Notes: generated from the sequence alone by a model not told the origin. A stretch of DNA of 64,000 nucleotides from Planctomycetota bacterium (GCA_044222185.1 JBGANV010000007.1:64001-128000); one strand, 5' to 3'. Positions 29,295 through 38,754 are shown, counted from the stretch's first letter. Program-made: numbers and translations.

Positions 29295-31289
29295 TCACTT
29301 GAGGGTCGTGCGTGACGGAACCGTCGCGCGCCGCAGCGTCAGGAGCGCGAACGAGGTCTGGATCGTGTCGTTTCGGTTCTGCGCACCCGGCGTGTCCCAA
29401 CCGCCGCTTCGGCGCTGGATGTCGACCAGGAACTCTCCGGCCTCTCGGTACCAGTCGTGGCGACCGACGAACCGCGCGTCCGTCAGCACCATCGACCGCT
29501 CGAGAGTGTAGAGCCAGTAGTAGTCGGGGAAGAACTCGCCCGCTGCGGGCTGGATGTCGACGCGGAAGATCGAGTCCAGGTGGTTGACGGCCATATCGAC
29601 GGCTGCGGCGACCTTCGGCTTGCGCTGGTCTCCGGGGCCGTCGCCCGAGATCCCGTCGAGACCGAGCATCAGCACGGCGATACCGATGCAGTCCGTCGTC
29701 CCGCGCCCCACGGATTCGCGGTGGAGCGGGTTGTAGTTCCACCAACCGTAAGGCATCGCGCGCATTTCGAACTTCGGCCATGCATGGGGATCGACCGCGC
29801 CGAGGGGCTGGGCATACGGGCGCGTGCCGTTCGCCTTCGATTGGAACGAGAGGTATGTGTCGACGAGCTTCTCGAAGGCTTCGCGGGGGACGGTGATTCC
29901 GCATCGCTTCGCCGAGAGAAGTCCGAGCGCGCCGTACTGCGTGTTCGAGGCGTCGGCCGTCTTCGGGTACGCGAGGTAGCTCCAGACGCCCCGGTAGCGG
30001 GCCTTGACGAGCCAGTCGGCGGCCCGTTCCATCGCCTCGCGATCCTTCGGCGCCAACGTGCGCTTGAACGTGAAGTTCACGCGCTCGGCTGGGGGGAGGC
30101 GCAGGAATTCGATTCGCTCGCCGGACGGCGAGGCTTTGTGTTCGAGCGCACTGAGGAAGAGGCCGTTCTCGTAGGTGGACGATGGCGTGTTCGCGAGCAG
30201 GAAGTCGAATGCCTTCTGGATCACGGCCTCGTGCTTCGAGACGCCGGAGGCGAGCAGCGCCATGACGGCGAGGGAGGTTGGGCCCGTCACCCATTTCTCG
30301 GCGCCGAAATTGGTGTTGAAGCCGCCGAAGGAGCCGTCCTCCTTCTGGCGCTTCTTCAGCCATTCGACGCCTCGATCGACGGCGCTGTCGACGCGCGCTT
30401 CGAAGGCCTTCCAATCCTCGGCGTCGGTGACGACCTCCGGCGAGGTCGTCGGCATTTCCTTGAACGTGGGTTCGAACTTCTCGGCGGACTTCTCGCGAAC
30501 CCTTCGGGCACGATCGAAGGCATTCTCGAGCAGATCGCCCAGGAGCGTTCGAGACTCCTCGTTCGAGTCGGACTTCACGCGATCCACCGCGCCCGCGCAG
30601 AGGATGGCGAGGCCTCGACCGATCGAGACTTCCTGGAGCCAGGGGAATGCGAGCTTGTAGCGGTGGCCCAGGATGATGCGCGAGCCTGGGGCACCAACGG
30701 GCGTGTCCACGCCCGCTGCCCAACAACCGTTCCACTTGCCGATGCGGTCGGGGAGGATCGTCTTCGGCTGTGAGAGGAGCGGATGGTGCGAATGCACCAT
30801 CACGACCGAGTCGTAATGCTGCGGCGAGTAGTCGAGCTTGAACTCGGGTTCGAGGAAGCCGAAGGTGCGTCGCTCCTGGGGCTGCTTCAGGTCGGGAAGC
30901 AGCTTCTCGGCAGCCACGTTCCGGGACCAGAACTGGGCGAACATCACGACGACGCCGCCGCCGTTGATGAAGGCCCGGATCGTCTCGCGCGACAGGACGA
31001 GCGTCTTCTGGACCGGGTCCTCGTAGTTCGACCATGAACCGAGGACGAGGACGTCCGTCGATGACAGGGTGAGCTTCCCGGCCCTGGCATCGGCGAGCAG
31101 CGGGCGGGCCTGGACGCCGAGCGAGCCGATCACCGACGCCATGTGGTCGGGGACCATCCCGGACTCGTCGGGCCGCGGAGGCAGCGCCAGGTAGGCGACG
31201 CGAAGGGGTTGCTGGCCGTGAGCGGGATGAGCGGCCAGGAGGAGCGCGCCGAGCGCGATCAGGAGGAAAGCGCGAGGTCGGAGTGGCAT
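29295..31289 (-). CDS. secreted prenyltransferase/squalene-cyclase-repeat (alpha/alpha barrel) protein
   Basis: Signal peptide ending AHG-Q, QW-type repeats (GVEWLKKRQKEDGSF, FLVDIQRRSGGW), DASNTQYGALGL and YYWLYTLER. Confidence 0.75.
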   Translation of the reverse strand: MPLRPRAFLLIALGALLLAAHPAHGQQPLRVAYLALPPRPDESGMVPDHMASVIGSLGVQARPLLADARAGKLTLSSTDVLVLGSWSNYEDPVQKTLVLSRETIRAFINGGGVVVMFAQFWSRNVAAEKLLPDLKQPQERRTFGFLEPEFKLDYSPQHYDSVVMVHSHHPLLSQPKTILPDRIGKWNGCWAAGVDTPVGAPGSRIILGHRYKLAFPWLQEVSIGRGLAILCAGAVDRVKSDSNEESRTLLGDLLENAFDRARRVREKSAEKFEPTFKEMPTTSPEVVTDAEDWKAFEARVDSAVDRGVEWLKKRQKEDGSFGGFNTNFGAEKWVTGPTSLAVMALLASGVSKHEAVIQKAFDFLLANTPSSTYENGLFLSALEHKASPSGERIEFLRLPPAERVNFTFKRTLAPKDREAMERAADWLVKARYRGVWSYLAYPKTADASNTQYGALGLLSAKRCGITVPREAFEKLVDTYLSFQSKANGTRPYAQPLGAVDPHAWPKFEMRAMPYGWWNYNPLHRESVGRGTTDCIGIAVLMLGLDGISGDGPGDQRKPKVAAAVDMAVNHLDSIFRVDIQPAAGEFFPDYYWLYTLERSMVLTDARFVGRHDWYREAGEFLVDIQRRSGGWDTPGAQNRNDTIQTSFALLTLRRATVPSRTTLK

Positions 31290-31295
31290 GGCAGG

Positions 31296-31338
31296 AATGA
31301 AAACGCCGTCGCGAGGCTCGTTGCCTTCGCGACGGCGT
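31296..31338 (-). terminator. putative intrinsic terminator or attenuator hairpin downstream of the sigma factor gene
   Basis: The minus strand reads ACGCCGTCGCGA-AGGCAACGAGCC-TCGCGACGGCGT followed by TTTCATT: a 12-bp perfect stem with a short U-rich tail. Confidence 0.45.
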
Positions 31339-31353
31339 CAGGGCCGAAGCGGG

Positions 31354-32739
31354 TCAGTCGTCGACCATGTCCTTCAGGACCGTTCCGTCAGGTCCGCGGC
31401 GCAGGCGCTCGAAGGCCGACGCTTCGATCTGTCGGATGCGTTCGGCGGAGACCCCGAGCATCTTGCCGATCTCGGCCAGAGTGTGCGGCCGGTTGCAGTC
31501 GATTCCGAAGCGGAGTCGCAGCACGAGCCGATGACGATCCGGAAGGATCTTCAGGCTGTCGCGGACGAGCGTTCGGATGTCGTCTCGGATGACTTCGGCG
31601 TCCGGGCGCGGCGAGCTGCTGTCTCCGACGAGGTCACCGAGGCGGCTTTCGTCCTCGGGCCCGTAGTCGAGCGAGAGCACGGGCCGCGACACCGACGGGT
31701 TGGCGAGCATGTCGCTCAGCCGGTTCCGGCGGTGCTCGTCCTCGATCATCCGCGGATCATCGAACCCTTCCGGATCCTCCTTGGCGGCCTTGCGGAGGCT
31801 CTGCGTGACGTTCACCGGAAGACGGATCGTCCGGCTCTTGTCTTCGAGGGCCCGAAGGATGGCCTGGCGGATCCACAGGTACGCGTAGGTCGAGAATCGG
31901 ACGCCGAACCGGGCCGAGAATGACTCGGTCGCGCGGATCAGGCCCAGGTTGCCTTCCTGGATCAGTTCGCTGTAGGCCAACGGGCCGCCATCGAACTTGC
32001 GCGCCACCGACAGCACGAGTCGGAGGTTGCGCTCGATGAGCGGACGGCGAGCCGCGACGAAGAGATCGCGAACCTGCTGGATGTGCTGTTTCAGCGGACG
32101 GCCGCACGTGTCGATGGCCGCGTCCCGGTACCGCTTGAGCGGGCCTGGACGGAGACCGACGAACAACAGGGCGCCGACGAGTCGGCCAGTGTTGTTGTTG
32201 CGGACGGACGCGAACGGCTTGCGCGGATGCTTGTCCACGTGCCGCTTGAAGATGTCGAACAGGCGGGCGACGTGGTTGTCGCCGTCCTCGCGGCCCGGCT
32301 TGGGCTTGGGAGGTCCGGGGACGAGGCTGCGCGCAGCCATCTCGTTGCGCTTCCAACGCTCGAGGTCGGCCCAGACCGCTTCCAGGCCCGGCTCGGTGCC
32401 GAGGAAGGACGCGATCCACCGATTGCGGGCAAGGATGAGATCCCCGAGGAGGAGATGCTCTTCTTCCGGCTCGAGCAGGTCGTGGGCCCCGACGTCCTTC
32501 AGGTAGATCCCGAGCGGATCGTCAGGCGCCGTGTGGTGCACGGGTTCAAGGCGTGACCCGGTCTTCGGCGCGAGGAGTGGCGCTTCGACGGCCTGCTCGT
32601 CGCGGTCTCCGAAGGTGGTCCACTCTTCCTCCTGAACCGGGGTGAGTGGTGCTGGTTCTGGTTTTTCCTTGAGTTTCACGGCACTGGCTTTCGCGTTTGA
32701 CTGGCCGGGCGGCCTCGCTCCGTCAGATGGACGTTTCAT
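31354..32739 (-). CDS. RNA polymerase sigma-70 factor (RpoD/RpoS-like)
   Basis: Region 1.2 DPLGIYLKDVG..LLEPEEE, region 2 NLRLVLSVARK..LIQEGNLGL..RFSTYAYLWIRQAI..RTIRLP, and region 4 LRFGID..TLAEIG..VSAERIRQIE. Confidence 0.92.
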   Translation of the reverse strand: MKRPSDGARPPGQSNAKASAVKLKEKPEPAPLTPVQEEEWTTFGDRDEQAVEAPLLAPKTGSRLEPVHHTAPDDPLGIYLKDVGAHDLLEPEEEHLLLGDLILARNRWIASFLGTEPGLEAVWADLERWKRNEMAARSLVPGPPKPKPGREDGDNHVARLFDIFKRHVDKHPRKPFASVRNNNTGRLVGALLFVGLRPGPLKRYRDAAIDTCGRPLKQHIQQVRDLFVAARRPLIERNLRLVLSVARKFDGGPLAYSELIQEGNLGLIRATESFSARFGVRFSTYAYLWIRQAILRALEDKSRTIRLPVNVTQSLRKAAKEDPEGFDDPRMIEDEHRRNRLSDMLANPSVSRPVLSLDYGPEDESRLGDLVGDSSSPRPDAEVIRDDIRTLVRDSLKILPDRHRLVLRLRFGIDCNRPHTLAEIGKMLGVSAERIRQIEASAFERLRRGPDGTVLKDMVDD

Positions 32740-33167
32740 TTCCCGAAATTTTTGACGAAAACCCGATCCCCGCCGAACCGACGATCAACGGTACGGACGC
32801 TGCACAGGTGAAGCGGCGTGCAGGTTCTTTGGAGTCCGGACTTTCGCCTCCTGTCCCGCGGTCCCTCGGGAATCCCCAACCAGACCACGACGACGAACGC
32901 GCGGAACGACCATCTGACCGCTGCAGGATGCGGACTCCGCTTGCTCGACGCAGGGGGATCCTAAGGCCCAAAACCAGCTTTGTCCACTTTCGGGCCTAAT
33001 CTTTGAGCCAGGACTCGGGGCGCCTCCCTCGAGGTCGCATAACGACCGCCGCAGGCATGATTTGAACGGAATTCAGTGCTCAGGTTTCGTGACGGCGGCG
33101 GCTATCTTCGGACGCCTCGCGGTGACCCCCCGGGCACGCTTCTCACCCGGTCCGTTCGATGCTCGCC

Positions 33168-34358
33168 ATGAACGACGTGATCCTGATTCAATACGACGAG
33201 ATCGGCTTGAAGGGCGGCCGAAGCACGTTCTGCGAGAAGCAGTTGGTCCGTGCGGTTCAGAACGCTTTGCGCGATTTTGGGTCGGTGGCCGTCGAGGGGG
33301 TCCGAAACCGGTTCCTGATTCGCCTCGCGGAGAAGCCCTTCACAGCAGGGGTTGCGATGGATCGCCTCTCCCGTGTGTTTGGCGTCCGGTATCTCCTGCA
33401 CGCCATCGAGACGGAGCCGTCACTGGCGGCCGTTGCGGCGGCCGCGATCGAGCTGGTTACACGTGAGACCGGGGCGCGCTCGTTCGGAGTGCGGGTGCGA
33501 CGGGTGGACTGGCCCGCCGACCAGTCGTCACCTCAGATCGAGCGGTGGCTCGGCGACGAGGTCGGCCGGGCCAGCGGCCTGCCTGTCTCGCTCGAGAACC
33601 CGGACGTCTGGATCCGAGTCATGCTCGTGTCGCGCAGGGGCCTCGTGGGAGTACGCCGGGTGGATGGTCCGGGCGGACTCCCCAGCGGGTCGTCCGGCCA
33701 CGGGGTCGTGCTCCTTTCCGGGGGCATCGACTCGCCGGTCGCCGCCTGGATGATGATGGGGCGCGGGCTGAAGGTCTCCGCCGTCCACTTCCATTCCGCG
33801 CCGTTCACGAGCGCGGAGAGTCAGCGGAAGGTGAAGGATCTCCTCGCGGCCCTCTCGCGCTGGCAACCCACCGTCCCCGCCGCCTTCATTCCCTTCGCGA
33901 CGACGGTTCAGCAGGCGATCATCCAGAACACGCCACCGAAGTTCCGGGTCCTGCTCTACCGTCGTTTCATGCTCCGCATCGCAGAGAAACTCGCGCGGGC
34001 GGTCGACGCGACAGCCCTCATCACCGGCGACGCACTGGGACAGGTCGCGAGTCAGACGATCGAGAACCTGGCGACGACGGAAGCCGTGGCCGTACTGCCG
34101 GTCTTTCGTCCGCTCGTCGGCATGGGGAAGGAGCAGATCATCACCACGGCACGGAGGATCGGGACCTATGAAATCTCGATCCGTCCTCATGACGATTGCT
34201 GCTCGTATCTCGCGCCCCGCAACCCGGCGACCTCGAGTACCGCTGCCGAGCTGGACGAAGTCGAGCGCAGCCTGCCGGTTCAGGATCTGGTGGACGCGGC
34301 GGTCCGTGCGCGCGAGGTCTTCTCCGTGCGCTTCGAGCGCGACGTCTTCGGATCGTGA
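33168..34358 (+). CDS. thiI: tRNA 4-thiouridine(8) synthase
   Basis: YDEIGLKG, a THUMP domain, GPGGLP.G, PP-loop LLSGGIDSPVA, GQVASQT, RPLVGMGK and DDCC. No rhodanese domain. Confidence 0.93.
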   Translation: MNDVILIQYDEIGLKGGRSTFCEKQLVRAVQNALRDFGSVAVEGVRNRFLIRLAEKPFTAGVAMDRLSRVFGVRYLLHAIETEPSLAAVAAAAIELVTRETGARSFGVRVRRVDWPADQSSPQIERWLGDEVGRASGLPVSLENPDVWIRVMLVSRRGLVGVRRVDGPGGLPSGSSGHGVVLLSGGIDSPVAAWMMMGRGLKVSAVHFHSAPFTSAESQRKVKDLLAALSRWQPTVPAAFIPFATTVQQAIIQNTPPKFRVLLYRRFMLRIAEKLARAVDATALITGDALGQVASQTIENLATTEAVAVLPVFRPLVGMGKEQIITTARRIGTYEISIRPHDDCCSYLAPRNPATSSTAAELDEVERSLPVQDLVDAAVRAREVFSVRFERDVFGS

Positions 34359-35269
34359 TCTCGGGCCGGAGCGGCCAGTGCGAGGAGGCCGTGAGCGAGC
34401 CACCCGACGACTTCGGCGATCGCCGCCGCCTCGCCGCCCTCGCCCGAGCCAAGCGCCTGCGCGCGCCGAACGGCCAGTGATTCGAGCCGGAATCGCGACT
34501 TTCCGCGCGCCGCGCGCACCTGACGCCAGGCGGGGGCATCGAGTTCCACGATGCGGGGCAGGAGCGACTCCGGGTCGCGCGTCAATGCGAGGTACTCATC
34601 CGCGCGCCGGACCGACTGGTGCACGGTGCGCAGCTCACGCCTTCGATCGCGCACCAGCGTGACGAGCTCCTTCACGTTGTGCCGCATGCGGAAGAACTGC
34701 ACGTGTCGCGGGACCACGACGGTCGTCTGGAGGAGGTCGTCGACGGTGCCCTGGGCGATCCGCTCGATCACCGCTCGCGTCGCGGGAATCTCGGACCCGT
34801 CGAGTGCGTACTCGACGTCGAGCCGCGCGCATTCGATCGCCGCAAGCTCGCCAAGGACGGGAACACGCTCGAAAGCCGCACCGAACGTCTTGCGCAGGAA
34901 CGCGCGGAAGCGGTCCGCGAGTTCGCGAAGGCTGTGGGTGCTCGCAGGGCCATCGAGGAGGAACGCTTCGATCATCGCACGAAACGTCATCGGCTTCGTC
35001 GCGCGCGGACCCGACTTCTGCGCGAGACCGAGGACGGCGAGCGTGGTTGCAAACGTCCACCCGAGCATGGACTGGTGGCCGCCGACGACCAGGTCGTGGT
35101 AGACGGCGAGGCGCTCCCTGGGGATGCGTGCCAGGGCGTCGCGCTCGCGGGCGCGCAAGCCGGGTGTCGTTGTGACGATGCGGTGCGCCGAGCGGGCACC
35201 CGACGAGAACTCGGTCGTCGAGTGCAGGACCATGTCGCGGAACGCAGCTTGGACGTGACGTAGCGGCAT
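34280..35269 (-). CDS. DUF2063-type MNIO partner protein (HvfC/BufC-like)
   Basis: N-terminal LRHVQAAF...RERLAVYHDLV...FATTLAVLG...FRAFL...LGELAAIE pattern of DUF2063 proteins. Starts 8 nt after the DUF692 stop codon. Confidence 0.72.
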   Translation of the reverse strand: MPLRHVQAAFRDMVLHSTTEFSSGARSAHRIVTTTPGLRARERDALARIPRERLAVYHDLVVGGHQSMLGWTFATTLAVLGLAQKSGPRATKPMTFRAMIEAFLLDGPASTHSLRELADRFRAFLRKTFGAAFERVPVLGELAAIECARLDVEYALDGSEIPATRAVIERIAQGTVDDLLQTTVVVPRHVQFFRMRHNVKELVTLVRDRRRELRTVHQSVRRADEYLALTRDPESLLPRIVELDAPAWRQVRAARGKSRFRLESLAVRRAQALGSGEGGEAAAIAEVVGWLAHGLLALAAPARDHDPKTSRSKRTEKTSRARTAASTRS

Positions 35270-35277
35270 GTTCACTC

Positions 35278-36135
35278 TCAGGCCGAGCGGGCCGGTTTCC
35301 GTTCGGCAGCGAAACCTGTTCGGGAGACGATGCGGGCGGCGCGAGCCGCCTCCTGGAGCAATCGCTCCCAGGTGGGAATGTCGTTGTCCCACTCGATCAT
35401 CACGGAGCAGGGCGGCAGGAGCGGGAGCACCCGCTCGAACAGCCGCCAGACCGGCGGCGGCACCGGCGCACCGTGAGTGTCGACGAGGATCTCTCCCGAG
35501 TCGTCGTGCCCCGCGAGATGCACCTGGACCACGCGTTCCAGCGGCAGGCGCGCGATCATCGCCTCGGCGTCGTAGCCGTGATTGCACGCGTTGACGTAGA
35601 CGTTGTTCACGTCCAGGAGCAGTCCGCAGTCCGCTTCTTCGCAGACTGCGCGGATGAACGTCGCTTCGTCCATCTCGCTGTCGTCGACGACGGCGTAGTA
35701 CGACGCGTTCTCGACCAGGTAGGGCACTCCGACTGCGTCCCGCACACGGGTCACGTTCTTCGCGATCCGTCGGACGGCTTCTTCCGTGAACGGCATGGGG
35801 ATGAGCTCGTTCATCGAGATCGGGCCTGCGGTGGAGTACGAGAGGTGATCGCTCGCCCAGAGCGCGTTCGCCGATCTCACCGTGTCACGAAGGTGACGGA
35901 GGAACGTGCGATCGACCGGGCGATCGGACCCGAGCGAGGCGCCAACGCCGTGCGCGACCATGGGGAATCTCTCGGCGACGGCCAGGAGGTTCCGCCGGTG
36001 GAGCCCGCCGCGGTTCATGTAGTTCTCGGGAGTGAACTCGAACCAGTCGACGCCCGGCGCGGTCTCCAGGATCCGTGCCACGTGTGGCCTGCGCAGGCCC
36101 ACACCGATCCCGAGCGGGCGGGTAGCGGATGTCAT
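35278..36135 (-). CDS. DUF692 multinuclear non-heme iron oxidative enzyme (MNIO; HvfB/BufB-like)
   Basis: GIGVGLR.PH, WFEFTPENY, HGVGASLG, SDHLS, LVENAS, LLLDVNNVYVN, HLAGH, DTHG and IEWD, covering the typical iron-ligand motifs. Confidence 0.95.
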   Translation of the reverse strand: MTSATRPLGIGVGLRRPHVARILETAPGVDWFEFTPENYMNRGGLHRRNLLAVAERFPMVAHGVGASLGSDRPVDRTFLRHLRDTVRSANALWASDHLSYSTAGPISMNELIPMPFTEEAVRRIAKNVTRVRDAVGVPYLVENASYYAVVDDSEMDEATFIRAVCEEADCGLLLDVNNVYVNACNHGYDAEAMIARLPLERVVQVHLAGHDDSGEILVDTHGAPVPPPVWRLFERVLPLLPPCSVMIEWDNDIPTWERLLQEAARAARIVSRTGFAAERKPARSA

Positions 36136-36264
36136 CGAGCGTTGGGGTGCCATCGAGGGGGTGCTTCGGAACGAAACCGCGCGGGCATCGCCGCTCGACG
36201 GAGCGGGATGCACGCGCGCGGGTCGAGCCGGGCCGTCGCGGCCTGACTCACGGGGTGATCGGCA

Positions 36265-36546
36265 TCACTTCGCGGAGCCGCAGGACTTCGTCCCGCCGCA
36301 GCTCTTGTTCGAGCCGCAAGACTTGTTGCCACCACAGCTCTTGTTCGCGCCGCAGGACTTGTTCGCGCCACAGGATTTGTTGGCGCCACACGATTTGTTG
36401 CCGCCACAGCTCTTCTGGTCGGCTGACGTGCCCGTCGATCCCGTCTCATCGCTCGAGCACGCGGGCAGCATCAAGCCACCGAGCCCGAGGAGGGCGCTGG
36501 CGACGATCACCTTGCGGAACTTCGTGAACGGCTTCTTCGAGGACAT
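36265..36546 (-). CDS. putative MNIO-modified RiPP precursor; lipoprotein with 8 KSCG repeats
   Basis: AAGGGAGA RBS-like sequence upstream. The protein reads MSSKKPFTKFRKVIVASALLGLGGLMLPA-C (lipobox), then a Ser/Thr linker, then eight KSCG hexapeptide repeats. It lies directly upstream of DUF692. Confidence 0.88.
   Translation of the reverse strand: MSSKKPFTKFRKVIVASALLGLGGLMLPACSSDETGSTGTSADQKSCGGNKSCGANKSCGANKSCGANKSCGGNKSCGSNKSCGGTKSCGSAK
36271..36414 (-). repeat. 18-bp coding tandem repeat x8 (KSCG[G/A/S][N/T/A])
   Basis: Eight 18-nt units with many synonymous differences between them. Confidence 0.9.
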
Positions 36547-36777
36547 TCCTGATTCTCCCTTGATCTTCATCGAACTCTCCCATCGAGCCTCCGGCGCACG
36601 TGCGCCGACGCAAGATGGCCTATCGATGATGAGATAGATGCGCGCAGCGAGGTCTGCGTTTCCTTCGCCCCGAAAAATCGGGTCCGGACAGGCTACAAGC
36701 AAGTTCGTCCGGTGTGAAGCGCAGTCGGCCGTCGCCGCCTTGGCAACGGAAGTACGACCTGAGCGGTCGCTCGGATT

Positions 36778-38385
36778 TCAGCGCGGCCTGATCCGCGAGC
36801 CGAGGAGCAGATAGGACGGCTCGCCGTCGACGGCGGCGGCCGTCGCGCGAATCGGGAAATCGCGCAGCGATGTCGGAACCTCTGCCGCCGTGCCCTCGAA
36901 GAGCAGCAGGGCCCCCGGCGTCCCGTCCAGAAATGATGCGGCACCGTCGGGCGGGATGATGCGCAGGTCCGGTCGTCCCAACGCGAACGCGACCGCCGGG
37001 TTGGCGTCCAGGGACGCGAACGGGGCGTCGCCGACTTGCGGGGCCAGCGCTCGCATGATCGGGGCGACGGAGCGGTAGGGCGCGACGGCCGAGGCCACTC
37101 CGGCGTCAGCGAACAGACAGTCACTGACGAGCGGCAGCCCGAGCACGATCAGGCCGGCGGCCGTCAACTCGGTGCGCCGCCCGATCCTGTGGAGGATCAC
37201 GACGGCGGCGACGGCGAGAGTCAGGGAGGTGACGGCCGATGGGACCAATGGCGCCGCAGGATCCGCTCCAGGTGCCATGGCGGAGATGCCCCAGGTGACG
37301 GCTGCTACGGCGACGCCCAGCCCGGCCACGAACACGGCGGCCGTGCGCAACCGGCCCGCGAGCACTCGTACCGCGGTCGTGCCGCCCCAGACTGCGAAGA
37401 GGGGATAGAACGGCAGCAGGTAGTGCGACTGCTTGCTGCGGCTGACGGAGAAGACGATCAACCCGAGGATCCCCGTCAACGCGGCGGCGCGAACGGGCGG
37501 CAGCAATCGCCGCCAACCGAGGATCATCCATGGCAGGAGAAGACCCGCGGGCAGCAGCCCCTCCGGCAGTTTCTCCAGGTAGTACAGCGGCCCGCGACGA
37601 TGCTCGACGTTCGCCATCGTCAGGCGGTCGATCAATGCGCCCCACGAGCCCAGCGCACGTGCGACGGGCCAGGCCCAAAGGAGCGCGAACGCCACCGCGG
37701 TCACGACCAGCGCCACGGTCCCACGCCAGTGGGTCCACGGAGCGCGACGACGCGCGACGCTGCATCCGAGCATGAACGAGATGGGAAACAGGAGCGCGAG
37801 CACGGGGCCCTTCGTCCACGTCATCAGGCCGACGGAGAGGGAGGCCACGACCCACGGCCCGGCGCCGCGCACGTCGAAGAGAAACGGACCCGACAGCGCG
37901 AGGTAGCCAGCCGTCGCCAGCGTCGTCAGCAGGATCTCGAGCTCGGTCGAGCGCGCCTGCGTGAAGAAGCGGAAGCTCGCCAGGAGGAAGAGCCCGGATG
38001 CGAGACCCGCCAGCGGCCCCCCGAGGCGCCGGCCCAGGCGGGCCGTGAGCCACACGCAGACGGTCGCGGTGAGGACCGACGCCAGCCGCATCAGCCACAG
38101 GTCCGTCCGTCCGGTGATCCCCGCGAGCGCTGCCGAGAGTGAATGCGCCAACGGTGGCTTGTTCACGTAGGGCTCGCCGAGCATGTAGGTCGGGAACAAA
38201 CGTCCGTGGGTCGCGATGTCCCAGGCGACCAGCGGAACGCGGCCCTCCGATCGTTCGTCCATGTCCCGCGCTGCCAGCCAGGGGATGAGGGTCGCCACGG
38301 TCACGAGTCCGAGGACGAGCCCCGTCGCAAGTCCTGACGGTCCCGGTGCTGCTTGCGTTTCGGTCGTTTCGATCGGGTCTGACAC
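36778..38385 (-). CDS. ArnT/PMT-family (GT-C) membrane glycosyltransferase
   Basis: ERSEGR, GEPYVNKPPL, MRLAS, TKGP, HRRGPLYY and SKQSHYLLP, with many TM segments. Confidence 0.88.
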   Translation of the reverse strand: MSDPIETTETQAAPGPSGLATGLVLGLVTVATLIPWLAARDMDERSEGRVPLVAWDIATHGRLFPTYMLGEPYVNKPPLAHSLSAALAGITGRTDLWLMRLASVLTATVCVWLTARLGRRLGGPLAGLASGLFLLASFRFFTQARSTELEILLTTLATAGYLALSGPFLFDVRGAGPWVVASLSVGLMTWTKGPVLALLFPISFMLGCSVARRRAPWTHWRGTVALVVTAVAFALLWAWPVARALGSWGALIDRLTMANVEHRRGPLYYLEKLPEGLLPAGLLLPWMILGWRRLLPPVRAAALTGILGLIVFSVSRSKQSHYLLPFYPLFAVWGGTTAVRVLAGRLRTAAVFVAGLGVAVAAVTWGISAMAPGADPAAPLVPSAVTSLTLAVAAVVILHRIGRRTELTAAGLIVLGLPLVSDCLFADAGVASAVAPYRSVAPIMRALAPQVGDAPFASLDANPAVAFALGRPDLRIIPPDGAASFLDGTPGALLLFEGTAAEVPTSLRDFPIRATAAAVDGEPSYLLLGSRIRPR

Positions 38386-38553
38386 CTCAGAGCGGCTCGC
38401 ATCCGCGCGTTTCGGCGGTCTTTGGCGGTTTCTGGTCGTGGATTCTCACCGAAGCCGACGCCCGGGCAAGACCGACCGCTCACGGTGAAGTTGCGAAGCC
38501 GTAATGAGGTCAGTGCGCAACTGCCGATGAATTCCTGTAAGCTGACGACCCTC

Positions 38554-38754
38554 ATGTCCGACCGACGCGACAACTCCGGCTCCGAGCCCGCATCTCGTGA
38601 GAGACCCGGCTTCCCCGCACGCCTCCCTGACGTCATCGAGAGCGTGAAGCGTGCCTGGGCAGCGCTGCGCGAACGGCTCGGCATCGCCGAGGAGCGCATC
38701 CCGGTGCCCGTCCGCGTGCCCGCACAGCGGTCAGCCCCCCGTCGTCCGCGCTGA
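38554..38754 (+). CDS. possible small protein (66 aa)
   Basis: Fills the gap between two minus-strand genes. It has an amphipathic helix (VIESVKRAWAALRERLG) followed by IPVPVRVP. Confidence 0.35.
   Translation: MSDRRDNSGSEPASRERPGFPARLPDVIESVKRAWAALRERLGIAEERIPVPVRVPAQRSAPRRPR

Noticed and set aside
36271-36414. Possible CRISPR or non-coding tandem array
   Set aside because: There are no spacers, and the 18-nt period with synonymous variation shows it is coding.
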